This document shows, piece by piece, positions 26,272 to 39,490 of a stretch of 64,000 bases of DNA. This DNA is from Tubulanus polymorphus (lineage: Eukaryota; Animalia; Nemertea). The position numbers and the translations under genes are program-made. The stretch is from the NCBI RefSeq assembly GCF_964204645.1, contig NC_134028.1, positions 11,455,263 to 11,519,262 on the forward strand, read 5' to 3'. The number at the start of each line of letters is the position of its first letter. The first letter of the stretch is position 1. A model generated the notes under the pieces. It made no database searches and was not told where the DNA came from. It worked only from the letters and a program-made list of their open reading frames with translations.

Positions 26272-27490
26272 GAAACTGCATTCATTTAGCAACTCCCATT
26301 AGGTTGTGGATGGCAGAATATCGCATTAATTTTTTGAGGAGAAAACTGCATTCATTTAGCAACTACCAGTTATGAGGTTGTGGACGGCAGAATATCTTGT
26401 TTTTTTTTTAGGAGAAAACTGCATTAATTTAGCTACCCCAGTTATAAGGTTCTGGACGGTGAATATCACAATTTCTTTTAGGAGAAAACTGCATTCATTA
26501 AAACTGCATTCATTTAGCAACTCCCAGTTATAAGGTTGCGGATGCAGAATATCTTAATTTTTTTAGGAGAAAACTGTATTCATTTAGCAACTCCCAGTTT
26601 TAAGGTTCTGGACGGAACTATATCTTTATTTTTTTAGGAGAAAACTGCATTCATTTAGCAACTCCCAGTTTAAGGTTGTGGATGCAGAATATCTTAATTT
26701 TTTTAAGAGAAAACTGCATTCATTTAGCAACTCCTTGTTGTAAGGTTGTGGACGGCAAAATATCGCATTAATTTTGTTTTCTCAGACATTTTTAATTTAA
26801 TCGGAAGCAATTTCACTTATCTTTTTTCACCACTTTCTAAAATTTTGTATTTGCAATGAACCGCAACTAGGACCTGAACCTGAGAGAATGGTACTATATG
26901 ATGATTAATCAAACTCTTTGAATCCGACCCTGAAATAAAACTAACAATCAAAACGTCATAAGTGAATGTAATAGCTGCCAGAGCCACATTTCCAAGGATA
27001 ACTGTATTCATTTAGCAACTGACGTTTTGGTCCCTTTTAGGTTCTGGACGGCAGAATTTCACAAGTTCTAGGAGTAACTGCATTCATTTAGCAACCCCAG
27101 TTATAATGTTCTGGACGACAGAATATCAAAATTTTTTTAGGAGAAAACTACATTCATTTAGCAAATCCCAGTTATAAGGTTGTGGATGCAGAATATCTTA
27201 ATTTTTTTAGGACGAAAACTGCATTCATTAAGCAACTCCCAGTTATAAGGTTCTGGACGGCGAATATCACATTTTTTTTTAGGAGAAAACTGCATTCATT
27301 TAGCTACTCCGAGTTATAAGGTTGCGGATGGCAGAATATTGCATTCATTTTTTGAGGAGAAAACTGCATTCGTTTAGCAACCCCAGGTATAAGGTTGTGG
27401 ATGGAAGAATATCTTGATTTTTTTTAGGAGAAAACTGCACGCATTTAGCAACTCCCAGTTATAAAGTTGTGGACGGCAAAATATCGCATT
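26272..27490 (+). repeat. Minisatellite with a unit of about 65-70 bp, interrupted at about 26770-27000
   Basis: Repeated GGAGAAAACTGCATTCATTTAGCAACTCCCAGTTATAAGGTTGTGGACGGCAGAATATC..TTTTTTTA. Confidence 0.95.
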
Positions 27491-28489
27491 AGTTTGTAAT
27501 TTCTTGTAAGAGAGTCACACAAAAACGTGTGATTTTCTTGAAACTTGAAAGTTGTGATGGATTACCATTGGTTACACCTATTGATAATCAAGTTTCTCGA
27601 TCTTCCAAGTTTTTGGTCAGATGTATCTAGGATAGATATATACATATATGTAAACCAAATATCACGAAAAACCACAGAAGAGTCTTCAAAACTTGCAAGA
27701 AGAACAGGATTCCGTCTATTGATAACGGACGAAAAGTGAACACAAGAAAGGTAAGTAGTGGGCTAATTGTAAGTGAATGCAAAAGCTATATTTGGAGGCA
27801 GAGGGAGCACTGGGCGCATGTATAGGCCAATTAAATCAATCCATTATGATACAGGTTGACTTACACTGGAAACTTCAGACACAAACAGCAATAAACTCGA
27901 AGATGTACGATAAAATACAAATCTTTGATTCAACAGGTTCGATAATGACCTCAATGAAGATTCACTGGCCATTTTTACGTTTGATCTAGTTGAGATACAT
28001 AGGTTGATGTCAAGTTTTCAGATCTTATTGACATATAAAAAAGGGCTAAATGACGCCATTGTTACTACATTGGTATTTAGAGATTCAGGCCGACGTCGAG
28101 TTTATCTAAGTACTTATTGGAAAATTTAGAGATACAGGCCGATGTCGAGTTTTTGAATCTCATTATGAATATCGAGGGGCAAACTAAGTTCTTGGGATTG
28201 GATTTACTGAATAGGTCTGATGACATCATTTTCATGTCAATTATGACTTCCTATTCCTCATGCCATTCATTCATTGAAAAAAAAACCTTTTAAGCAACCC
28301 ACCCTTTGTGATGTAGTAGACAAGTGAATGCAGTTTAATTTTTTTGGATTGACTGACAGGTTTGTAGGCCTAAAAACCACAGGTGCATATAGTACCGGTA
28401 ATAAAATTCAGATTTCAATCTATATTTATGGCAAAATTAGTTCCACCCTCATCATATAGAGGCCTATTATGATTAGATTACTCAAAAAT

Positions 28490-28702
28490 GAAGGCGTCCA
28501 GGACGACCAGTGTAGCTGGTACGACACCCAGGTTCTGAAATGGTTTATTCCATACCTTGAAAAATTAATGATGCCTAACAATCCAAAAGTCAAACAGCAC
28601 CCCCCTCCCTTAAATCAAGGCGTCCAGGATGACCAGTGTAAATGGTACGACATCCGGGATCTGAAATGGTTTATTCCAAACCTTGAAAAAGTAATGATAC
28701 CT
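28490..28702 (+). repeat. Local tandem duplication (period about 126 bp)
   Basis: AAGGCGTCCAGGA(C/T)GACCAGTGTA..CTGAAATGGTTTATTCCA..CCTTGAAAAA occurs twice. Confidence 0.85.
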
Positions 28703-31015
28703 TAAGGACTCTTGTTTTATGGATGTATCACTGTCTCGTAGAATCGTATTAATGTTTTCATAAAAAAGCCAATATGGCAACTAGAAAAAAAGTAAGCAGC
28801 GGTTTGGACCAATGACTTACACTGTCTTAGGTATACTAGGTTGGATCATATTCATAAACATACAATCACTAGGGGTCCAGGGGCACCATGCCCACTTGGG
28901 ATGTGGTTTTAAATGCTAAACAATCTAACAATTCAATATTCAACACCCCCTGGTGATCTTATACTGAAATCGGGTATCACTGTTTATTGTTATGAAATAA
29001 AGAATCGAGTGATCCCAGTACTGATGTAATTCACATATCTAGACAATAACTCTAAAACTTCTTGATATTTTCATAAAAAATCCGAGTTTCTCCACCTACA
29101 AACGAGTACTTATGACACTAAGATGATGTTGCCAATTACATGAAAATTGGCTTAACGAAAATACCTGTCTGATATATTTAAAACGTTTTTTCCATAGAAT
29201 ACACACCACAAATTTCAACGAAAAATGGCAAATCTGAAGGAAGCTACAGGTCTCAGAATTCAGGCCATTTTGAGTCCAATCGACCCAATTTTTTCTCATT
29301 CTGATGGGTCCTTGGGGGAGTGAAATGTAAGTAAAAGATCAAGATAATTGATCGAAGAGTCAAAATTTCCCTTGAAAATTTCTAAAATGTGCAAAAATTG
29401 CTAATTTTGGCAAACAAAAATGCCACTTGTCGGCCATTTTGTTTCTTATCAGGCCAATTTATTTGTTGAAGGTGTATCTGGGGCAGTTATATGTATAAAC
29501 CAAATATGAAGACGATCCATAGATGCATCTTCAAAATTCAGGCAAATTGAATGTTTTCAGTTCATTCTTGGACCGATTGATAATTCACTTATAATAAAGT
29601 ACCTTTACATGGATCATTATGATTATCAAAGAAAATAATCAAGACGATAATGACTATGGTCTATTACATCTAAGCCAATAGTTAGTTAACATTTACATAT
29701 CGAGTAAATATCTTGCAAGTTTTGAAGAGTCGAGCCCGACGGACCAGATGAGCCGAATCTTGAATAGTGAAATACTCGTCTATTCCAAGGTACCGGTACT
29801 AATTAGGCCTTTATGAAAAAACAGTTTAGAGACCCTATAACTTCTAATTAGATAATCTTTAAGATAAATACTAACCAATTCAGTGGTGTAGTGAGAAAAA
29901 AAGCCAGAGGACAAACAAGAGGACTTCAAAGTCCTGAGGTTCGAAGAAGCAAAGTCTGAGGTATAAATTATAAATTACGTAAAAGAAAGGCAAATTATGA
30001 AAAAGAAATTAATATTCCATTAGAGAAGTTTGCTTGAAAAAATTCAATTTGTTTGCCGTTTGCATCGCGCACGTGGTAATGTTATTGTTTACATCTGACG
30101 TCATCGATAAAAAATGAGGCACACAGCTGATCCTGTCAATCATAATAATTGGTCGACACTAAAAATGCGCTTACTTGAAAAACTATGTTGTGTATCAATC
30201 TGGAATTTTCGGCACAATATCCGATGCTAAATACCTTGCTTTAACGGTTTATTTGGTGTAAATCGGATCAAAAATGTTTCAAATATTTTGTTCATAACTT
30301 TTGAAGTGGAGGCCGCTGTCGGTGTCGTGTGTAAGGCTGTACGTACCAGGTACTAACGCCTACAACAGGCGCAGCATTGATGGTGTATTTATGCGCGAGT
30401 AGATGTAATGATTTGTTTTAACCGCTAAATCAGCGTTCATTACGCATGCTTTCAAAAAATGATATTATTTAATATTTATTTAGATATCTTTATCATGATA
30501 ATTATAATATTCTTAAGACAAACGAATTACGTCTGTGGACCTATTTCATTGAGGCGTATCACGCAATCTGAAAAAAAAATCTTCCGATCCTGTCACGTGA
30601 CTTCGTGACTACAACTTGATGATAGCTTAGGTTCTCATTCTTCGAACTAATTAGGCCTCAACCCTTTTCCATTAGGCCTATGTTAGCTACGTAATGTGGG
30701 CAATCTATAATCGTACACTTTATGAAATTTCTATTCCAGAATTTGTAGTTTATGAAATGATTGATTCACTTGGAATATTTCTTCAGCATAGACTATGTTC
30801 TTATGGTATACAATGAGATCGATTGGGTAAAAACAGGTTGACAGAGTATTGAGATATGGCAAAAAATAGAATAGGCCTAACACACTGTAAAAATGATATG
30901 AGTAACGAGAAATCTAACTTTTAAAGTTCAATAATGCCTTGAAAAATTAAACATGTAATGCGTACTAATATTGTCAACAATCAATGATAATATGATAGAA
31001 TTCATATAGGCCTAA

Positions 31016-31638
31016 GGCCACGCAAAGAAATACCCTAGTCTCTCATCAGATTATGTTCTGGAAAGTAACAAGGGCGAGCGAATTTTATTTTTATTTTCTT
31101 GAATAAAAAAGTTGAAATAAAAAGCTCAATCTGAGACTTATAGAACAGACGCGGGAGGGATGTTTTTTACCAATGCCAAATAAATACCAGTAATGCAAGT
31201 AAAACATATGTAAAACACTTTATTTAGAATTTAGAAGCTCCCTAAACCTATAAGATCGAACTATATCATCACATTAATTCGAAACTGAGATAATAGTTTT
31301 CGCTATTTTCACGCTTCCTCAAAATGAGGTAAGATGAAACCAACCCTGCCGCTGTTGTTGTCACTGTAAAATGTGGATTACCAGTACGTCGAGGATGAGC
31401 ATAAAGAGGATAAACGACGAGGATACGACGAGGATAAACGCCCGCAGAAAAAAACCTACTGCCATACACTTTACAGCTATGCAGGCGAGCGGGTTTTAAT
31501 TTTTTATTTGAAAAAAGACGATTAATGCATTGCCGATGCGGATGTGCATTTGGCTTTTTAATTTTCATTGGGGACTTTCTTTATGACGGAGGCGGCATTT
31601 GACTTTCTTGAGAAACTAGGGCATTTCTTTGTGTGGCC
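31016..31638. mobile_element. PIF/Harbinger-like MITE with TAA TSD
   Basis: TAA|GGCCACGCAAAGAAATACCCTAGTCTCTCA ... TGAGAAACTAGGGCATTTCTTTGTGTGGCC|TAA. A related end (GGTGTGGCCTTAA) lies at about 2760. Confidence 0.8.
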
Positions 31639-32559
31639 TAATATGAAGGTTTAAGAATGAAGCTCTTTTGGATTAGAAAATTGATAATTGAATTGACCGA
31701 CAACCAGTGTAGCCACGATAACATAGTACACATGCTCTCAAAAAAACATTTAAGATTCAAAAATAAGAGTTACAAAAATGTAAAATATCCAATCCGATCG
31801 TGAAATTAAACCACAGTCAGGTTACTGACTATGCGACATTGAGAAACCAAGACCTTACCCTCTGTAACCTGCTTCAAATTCAATCGAGTCGCTGAAGAAA
31901 GGGTAGCCCGCTTTAGTATGCAAACCCACCGTACTGAAAATTCGAACCGGTACAGGAGATACCGGTTCTACAATGTTATTGAAACTGCCATACCCTTCGG
32001 GATGGCAGAAATTAGTATGACCGCCTTTAACTGGGGCGGTTCTAGTCTGAATACCAGTCGTTGTTACGGTTCCCTACAACGTCTGACGCTAAAGTGTCAT
32101 ATAGAGGTTAACTCCTGTTAATTGCAATGCAACAACTCATTTTAGTGTCAAATCAAACCTTTGTACTAAAATAAATGAATTAGTTACCTTGTTGACTTTG
32201 AAAACGTGTTTTATAATAAGATTTTTGATGATTAAATCGTGAATCGGATAATTTATTGATTTGATTTGAATTGAATGCCACAATCGGGATTTCCAATACG
32301 GACTATATTGATAAATCACGATTGGTAGAACACTATATCCGAGTTGACGCGATGAGGGGCGAACTCTTTTATCAGATCGGAGAATCCGTTTGCCTCCAAT
32401 CGTACTCTTTTATTGGTCACGTGACTTTTTGGAGTCTCCGAAACCTCCTTTCTGTCGAGGTGGTGTGATTCGGATTTTGTGGAGCCAACCGGAGATTTCG
32501 GACGGAGACTTCGGAGGTCATAAAAGAGTACGCCCGAGGAGAGAATCCCACAGTGATAA

Positions 32560-34072
32560 TAAAAAGTCCGAAAATGAAACTTCGAGATAGTAGTTTATTT
32601 CAACGTTTCGACTATATCCTAATAGTCATCTTCAGGAATAAAGAGATACTACAGAAATTATGAGATATATATACAATCCAGAGACAAAGAGACTAATTCA
32701 AGTAATCAGAGATGATACAAACTAAAGGAAAATTAACGTAGAAACAGTTACACGCTAAAATAGATTAAAGGGAAGCAAACTAAGGGGTGATTATAAACAA
32801 CAATAGTGAGTATAAATATAAATGAAACTTAAAGTCAGTAGTAAAAAGAAAGACAAACTAGGGGGCACTTAAATTAAAACAAAGGTGAATACAAGTTAAG
32901 TCAGAGACGAAATTGATGAGAGAACAAATAGGCCTAACAAATAATCAAAGGGGAAATCAAGTGTTGAGTTAACCAGTTTACAGAGGAATTTTGATATAAG
33001 TTTATTATGGGGTGAAAACCCATTGTTAAGGTTTACAACGTTGTTCGAATTTTCAATAATTAATGCAGATTCCAAAATATGTCTTCTAGTTTTATCGCTG
33101 CAAGGGTAAATTAATTCAGCATTAGCAAAATCAAAATTGTGTGAAGTCTGAAAAACATGACTAGCAACTCCGCTTTCAGGTTTTAAGTTTTTTACATCTA
33201 ATTTATGCTCTTTTATGCGTTGATTAAGATTCCGACCTGTTTCTCCTATATATACTTTGTCGCAAACTTTACAAGGTATTTTATAAATTCCACAGTTTAG
33301 GGATTCGGTTTTCGGTTTGTTATTAATCAATATGTTACTAAGTTTATTATTGTATTTAAAGATAAGTTGTTTATTTAGTGACCGAAGAGAAACTTTAGAA
33401 TTCTCGAGGAAAGGTACATACGGTACAATGATAGGCTGTTTATCGGTAGCCAACGTAGGAGTTGTTATTTCTAAAATGCGCAGTACGAGCTTTAAGTAGA
33501 GCTTTTTTCAATAGGAAATCGGGGTAGGCAAGTTTTTTGAGAGATTGGTTAATATGGTGAATTTCATCGGGTAGAAATGAGGGGTCGCAAATTCTCAAAG
33601 CGCGAAGAAATAATCCTTGAGCTAAACCGAGTTTAATATCCGGAGAAGTAAAAGAGAAGTAATGGAGGTAGGATTCAGCGTTGGTAGGTTTCCTATAAAC
33701 CGCGAATTTCAAAAAGGATCCACAGTTAAAAATCAAAACATCCAGAAAAGGTATTTTACTATTAGATTCCCATTCAAACGTAAAAGCCAGACACGGGTAA
33801 AGGGAGTTTAAATATATAAGAAAGTTATCAACATTGAAGTCAAAGGGAACCAAAGCCAGAACATCGTCAACATATCTGAGCCAGATTTTAGGGTGAATAT
33901 CAGTGTAAAGAGGCAATATTTCAGATTCAACATGTTCTAGGAATAAATTAGCTAGAATAGGACTAAGAGGATTTCCTATAGCGATACCGAATGTCTGTTC
34001 GTAAAAACAATTGTTGAATTCAAAAAAGGAGTCCGTCGTACAAATAGAGATAAGGTCGATGATACAATCCGT
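32560..34072 (-). mobile_element. 5'-truncated Penelope-like element (RT C-terminal half + GIY-YIG + pLTR)
   Basis: FYEQTFGIAIGNPLSPILANLF, WLRYVDD, IPFLDV, VYRKPT, RALRIC; one frameshift near 33450; GIYKIPCKVCDKVYIGETGRNLNQRIKEH..ILES..N. Confidence 0.93.
32601..32635 (-). ncRNA. Minimal hammerhead ribozyme motif (PLE-associated)
   Basis: Minus strand reads CTGAAGA-T-GACTAT-TAGGAT-ATAGTC-GAAACGTTG, with a perfect 6-bp stem II, downstream of the GIY-YIG ORF. Confidence 0.75.
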
Positions 34073-36062
34073 AAATTAATGTTAATGATATGTAAAAATT
34101 CAAGAAATTTCACAAAATGGAGGATTTTCTCTCTCATTCAACTGGACTTAAGGAGTCTTTTTGCCAATCCATCTAATTGGTACAGAACTGGAAATATATC
34201 GGATATTCAGTTGTTGTCCGCGATTTTTGGCATTCTGTTAAGACATAAATGAGGTATGTACCCCAAAAAGTAAGCAAAATATCCAAGAAAAACAGGTCTC
34301 ATCAATTGATAAATAGACATTAGCCAAAAATTAGTTCATCAAAACTGCATCAGTTCCAAAAACTACCATCATGCTTCCCCAAAATGGAAAATAAATAAAT
34401 AATATTTTACTTTCATTTGTCTGTGCATCATGATATTAATTGTTGTTATTGTTTTATGTGTATGTATGTACCCGTATGAGCTAACAATGAAGTTTTCACT
34501 TCATTTGAATAAATTCTTAACTACAGTAATTCTAATTCTCAATTGTTTTTATTATTGTTTGGTAATTCCTTGCAACTTCTCATTTCCACGTTTCATACAA
34601 GAAGTAGTTGAATGAAAGTACAGTTAGGCTGAACCTGACAACCCATATTAAGTGCTAGCATCGAGATTTGATTATTTCGATTTTATTTTCGGTGTCATTG
34701 AAATTCGTAAATAAAGGTTCAACTGTCATTATACTTAGCATAGCTTAGATTGGGTTTCATATTTCTACATTTTCTACAAGGAGGCCTTGAAGGGTCGTCC
34801 CCGGGTAGAGGTCAAAACTTGGTTTACATTCTCAAGTTGCTGGAGACTACCTTCTGCATTCATACCTCGATTTGTCTGGCCTATGAGAGTCGAACACCAT
34901 TTTCCCATACACAGGCTTGGCTTTAGTGTAGATGAAGGCTAGGCAAGAAAGATCCAATAATTGAACGTTTATCTAACTATATTAATTAACAGCTTAAGAG
35001 ATATACATTATACACAAAAGAAATCAGTTCTACATTTTATCCGAATCAAGCGCTAAAGCCACAGATTCGCTTAGCTTGGGCTTGAATTCTGGTTCCATTG
35101 CTTCGTATTCTATTGAAATTTCCTTTGTTACCTCGGAATATCGCTCAGCTTTTAAAGACTACAAATTTGGTCCCAGAAAAAACCAAGTAAAGCGGGGTAC
35201 TACTGTACATCAGCTGTTGACTTATTGTTCTCTGGTTGGATCAGGTTCTTACTGAATGAAATATAATCACTGCTGCTACAAGAAGTCTTTTCTCGGTATC
35301 TATATGTCCATCTTAGCAAATCAACTTGGTCCAAGATTCCTCCTTTCATAGATAGTCTAAAAATAAGAATTGTTACAATTTCTAACAGATGCTATGTCAT
35401 TTCTTTAAAAAACCTGATGATTTCTCACCACAGCAAATGAATTATTCGCAATTGTTAAATCCATTCCATGCGCACAATGAATTAAAAAGAAATTAAGTAA
35501 GATCCCTTTTGTCTAAAAGTCGCATCATCAGTATAACTAGCTATCAAATTTAACTTACCTCAAGTCTCCAACAGAGAATACCACAGTCGCCCATAGTCAT
35601 GCGTGACGTGTTGACAAAAGAAAAGTGGTTCTCATAATCATATTTTATATACATTGAAATGTTCAAATAAGATTTTTTTCGTCTTGTAGAAGTAAACCAC
35701 ATTCTTGGAATATTCAGCGTAGTGTTTAAAGTTGGCTTGTGCGGTTGTGATAGGGTTTTGATACTCCATACATACTGTTTATGCATGTCTCTATAACCAA
35801 AAATTAGGTCGAGACTAAAGCAAAGGTTCAGGACTCGGCAGCGGTCCCGGCCCGGAAAAAATTCAAAACGTGTATTGTCGGTTCCTAGCACGATTTCAGC
35901 GTTTTTCGGGAATTCCCTGAAATTTCAGCGTTTTTCGGAAATTCCCTGAAATTTCAGCTTTTTCTTTTCGGCATTTCAGCGTTTCAGTGTTTCAGCTTTT
36001 TCAGCGAAGTTCAGGAACCGGTTGACTTTGCTGACTCGCAGATGCCCTTCGGAACACGGAAA

Positions 36063-37108
36063 ATATGTTCTGGGCCCGTTACTCTTCCTCATTTACATCA
36101 ACGGCCTCCCGACAAGCCTGAAGAGCAGTGTCTGTCTATTTGCGGATGACACTGCCATGTACCTCACAATATTAAAGCCCATAGACCAGAACACACTACA
36201 GAGTGACCTTACAAGGCTTGAGGCCTGGGAGGACCTAAGGGATATGGAGTTTAATCCCACCAAATGCCAAGTAATCCATATAACCACACGAAAGCCGATC
36301 CCTACATCCTACGTGCTACATGGCCATACACTTCAGTCGGTGCACCATGCACGATACCTTGGCGTGGACATCGACCATTCACTAAAGTGGAACCATCATG
36401 TATCACGTATATCCACAACTGCAAATAAATCCCTTGGTTTCATCAAACGTAATATCAAAACACCAAACCCCAAAATCAGAGAGACTTCTTACAAGGCCCT
36501 GGTTCGCCCACAGCTCGAGTATGCTGAAGCTGCATGGGAACCTTATCTCAAGTTGCAAATCAGCACCATTGAACAAGTACAGCGCAGGGCTGCACGGTGG
36601 GTCCTTAACAATTACAGCCCCCAAGGCAGTGTTAGTGCCATGCTCGCCACCCTCCGACCCTCGAAGAGCGCAGAGCTATAGGCCGCCCAACTCTCATGTA
36701 TAAAATTGTTTACGGCCTTGTGGAAGTCCCCCTACCAGTGAATGTGACCCAACCCACGCGCCTTACAGGTCGTGGCCATCCCCTCCGTTTCATCACCATA
36801 AGAGCAACACGTGACAGCTACAAGTACTATTTCTTTCCAAAAACAATAGCCCAATGGAATACTCTCCCTGCATCAGTTGTCCTGACCCAGTCACCTGAAT
36901 CTTTCAGGAGGCTGGTATCTGTGACACATCCCTAGATTTATTCCAAAATCCGATTAAGTGTTTTTAAAATGTACCTATCTCTTTTATTATTATTATTAAT
37001 TGAATTTTCCATGCACACTCTTTTTCTTTCTCTTCTAACACAGACGCGCACGCTCCAAAAGATACTCGCGAATGCGAGTGTGCTGGAGTATTTAAATGAA
37101 TGAATGAA
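36063..37108 (+). mobile_element. 5'-truncated CR1-group LINE (RT C-terminus and 3' UTR)
   Basis: VLGPLLFLIYINGLP, LFADD, FNPTKC, YLGV, YKALVRPQLEYA, VQRRAARWV, FFPKTIAQWN. 3' stem-loop CTCGCGAATGCGAG and an (AATG)n tail. Confidence 0.88.
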
Positions 37109-37158
37109 ATATCCATTTCGGCCTCCTCAAATCTTCAATTAAATCTAAATCGGTTGTT

Positions 37159-37459
37159 CGGTGGTGTACCAGAACACCGTTTCAAGATGGCGGCTATGTA
37201 GAGGGCCCCATAGGACAATACAATGAGAACAGAACATTACGACATATAACACGGGCCGAAAGCATCCGTAGTATCACTGCTATCAGTGGTATCGGGTTGT
37301 CAGTAGTATCACCGGTCTCCTGAAGGCTCGGGCAGTATCAGTGGTATCGGGTTAGCACTAGCATCACTGGTCTCCAGAAGTTCGGGGGGCAGTATCATCG
37401 GTATCAGTGGTGTCGGGGTAGCAGTAGTATCACCGGTCTCCTGAAGGATCGGACAGTAT
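37159..37459 (+). mobile_element. Terminus of a satellite-bearing TIR element (inverted counterpart at 53163-54631)
   Basis: CGGTGGTGTACCAGAACACCGTTTCAAGATGGCGGCTATGTAGAGGG..GGGCCGAAAGCATCCGTAGTATC, then about 3 units of the 60-bp repeat. Confidence 0.8.
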
Positions 37460-37850
37460 TGATACGTCGGAGACTAGCTCAGAAAAGCTCCAGGTTCCGT
37501 AAAATGAAACAATGTCCAATCATGAATTTGAGATATACGAGTTTATTCAACCGACTGGTCCGGATGAGTGTGGGTGTGAGAATGGCTAATGATCGAGGGA
37601 GGGGTGCTACTATATATTCTAACATGATAGGAGTAGAGAATCTCACCGTCGGGATCGGAATTCCTTACCCGATACGGTAAACTGACCGACGGTTCAACTC
37701 TCTACATGAAATGAATGAGGAGGTGAAATGAAGATGGATCATGGAATGAAATGATGTAAATACACACAACATATACATGGGCTATATATCAGTTGCCCCA
37801 CCTTCCAAGGATTCGACCCCGAATCGTTAAAATGAAATCATAATGCATAT

Positions 37851-39490
37851 AGTATAAATGCACTGGACAATCCCGATTCACAATCCGAACCAGTACTAGA
37901 TACTGGGGCAACCCGTATATTGGACGACCAAATCCCTATAATATTTCAAGCTCAACGAGACGATCCTAGGTCCTGCGACCTTATAAACTATCTAGTATCT
38001 CGCGAGCTTCCTGCCGATGACAGCCTAGCTAGAGAAGTGATCCTGAGTTCGGAATTTTACTACGTAGACCGGAACGGGTTGTTAAACCGTAAACGGCGGA
38101 GCAATCCCTCCGGTATGCAAATATATTTACCAACGTCGCTAAGGGATTCCATCCTCACCGCGTACCACGATGACGTGACAGGGGGCCACTTTGGTTTTGA
38201 AAAAACATATGAGAAAATTAGAGCAAAATACTATTGGCCTGGAATGTATGAGGACACATTGCATTGGACCAAATCGTGTGTCCCATGTTCTACCCGAAAA
38301 ACACCAAAACACGAAAAGATAGCACTGCAGATACCAATACCTGCTGTTGCAGCGCCTTTTGACAGAATTGCTATCGACTGCGTGGGCCCAATACATCGCT
38401 CAAAGAGAGGGAATCAATATATCGTCGTTATTACTGACTATTTAACTAGATGGGCAGAAGCGTTTCCCACGAAATCAATAACTGCGCCAGTCATCGGCCG
38501 CATACTTTTTGACGAAATTTTCTGTCGTCATGGTGCAGCCGGCACAATCCTTAGTGACCGAGGTCAAAATTTCCTATCTTCCCTAGTCAGAGAACTGTGT
38601 GAGCTTTGTGGGACCAATCAGGCGCGTACGTCATCCTATCATCCGTGTACTGATGGCCTCACGGAGAAATACAACGGGACTCTGGTCCAAGGCTTAAGTA
38701 TGTTTTGTAACTCTGAACAAACTGACTGGGATGAGTTTATTCCTGCTATGCTCCACGCATACCGAACCTCAGTTGTCAAAAGCACGGCTTATACGCCGTT
38801 CTATCTGATGCATGGACGAGAAGCTCGCATGCCAATTGACGTAATGCTATTGCCACCCGAACACGAATTTCAGTCGTCGAATGAATACATCAACGACGTA
38901 TTTTCAAACTAACGGAGGCACGTAAATGGGCCAAACTAAACCTAGAGAAAACCCAACAAAAGACAAAACAACAATACGATAATCGATTTAAGGCCACCGA
39001 ACCACCGTACGCGGAGGGTGACTTAGTTTGGCTCCATAATTCTAGAAACATCAAGGGCCTCACTAAGAAACTCCTACACCCGTATCATGGCCCGTACATT
39101 GTCACCAAAAAGGTATCACCTGTCAACTACATACTAAAAACTCAGGCAGGAAGAGTATTGCGGGCCCCAGTCCATGCAAACAGACTCAAGACCTATATCC
39201 ACCCAAAAGACAGACCCCTAGACCGGTCAGACGACGACGTGGAGCAAACAAATCAGATCGGTGAGGTAGACCAGACCTTCCCCGACAACGCCCAGACTGA
39301 TCACAGTGAAAAGGACGAAACTTATTCCGTAGAGTGTTTGTTAAAATCGCGGAAGCGAAAAAATAAACGGCAGTATTTGGTCAAGTGGGTCGGTGACTAT
39401 CCACCGTCCTGGGAGCCAGCCAGCAATATACTCGACAAACGGCTGATAGAATCACTTAGACTGTCAAAAATTAAGAAAAGAAAACGCTAA
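37851..39490 (+). pseudogene. Gypsy integrase (HHCC, DDE, GPY/F) with C-terminal chromodomain; one frameshift at about 38903
   Basis: YHDDVTGGHFG..YYWPGM..CVPC; RIAIDCVGP; ILSDRGQNF; TSSYHPCTDGLTE; PYHGPY; YSVECLLKSRKRKNKRQYLVKWVGDYPPSWEP. Confidence 0.92.

Larger units (their letters stand above)
18076..26280 (+). mobile_element. Decayed Helitron2/Helentron-type rolling-circle transposon (OTU protease, DUF6570-like, Rep, PIF1 helicase)
   Basis: Collinear frameshifted motifs: VPCDGYCFFHCLS..WATSSEV..HY (OTU); VPSELSNLTLVEQQLI..GHSVTFPQD; AALNWLKRNNPAY; LRGTSQYW; YWYRQEFAKSRGVIHWH (HUH); YICGYACK; RDISAIEA; GTAGCGKS (Walker A); LLVDERS; GDDIQLPPV; after the LINE, LEKVIRQ and AKVMLTTNLNVPYGL. 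Confidence 0.9.

Noticed and set aside
26272-27490. CRISPR-like appearance of the tandem arrays (also 53163-54520 and 55250-55440)
   Set aside because: No unique spacers, no cas genes and a eukaryotic context; these are minisatellites.
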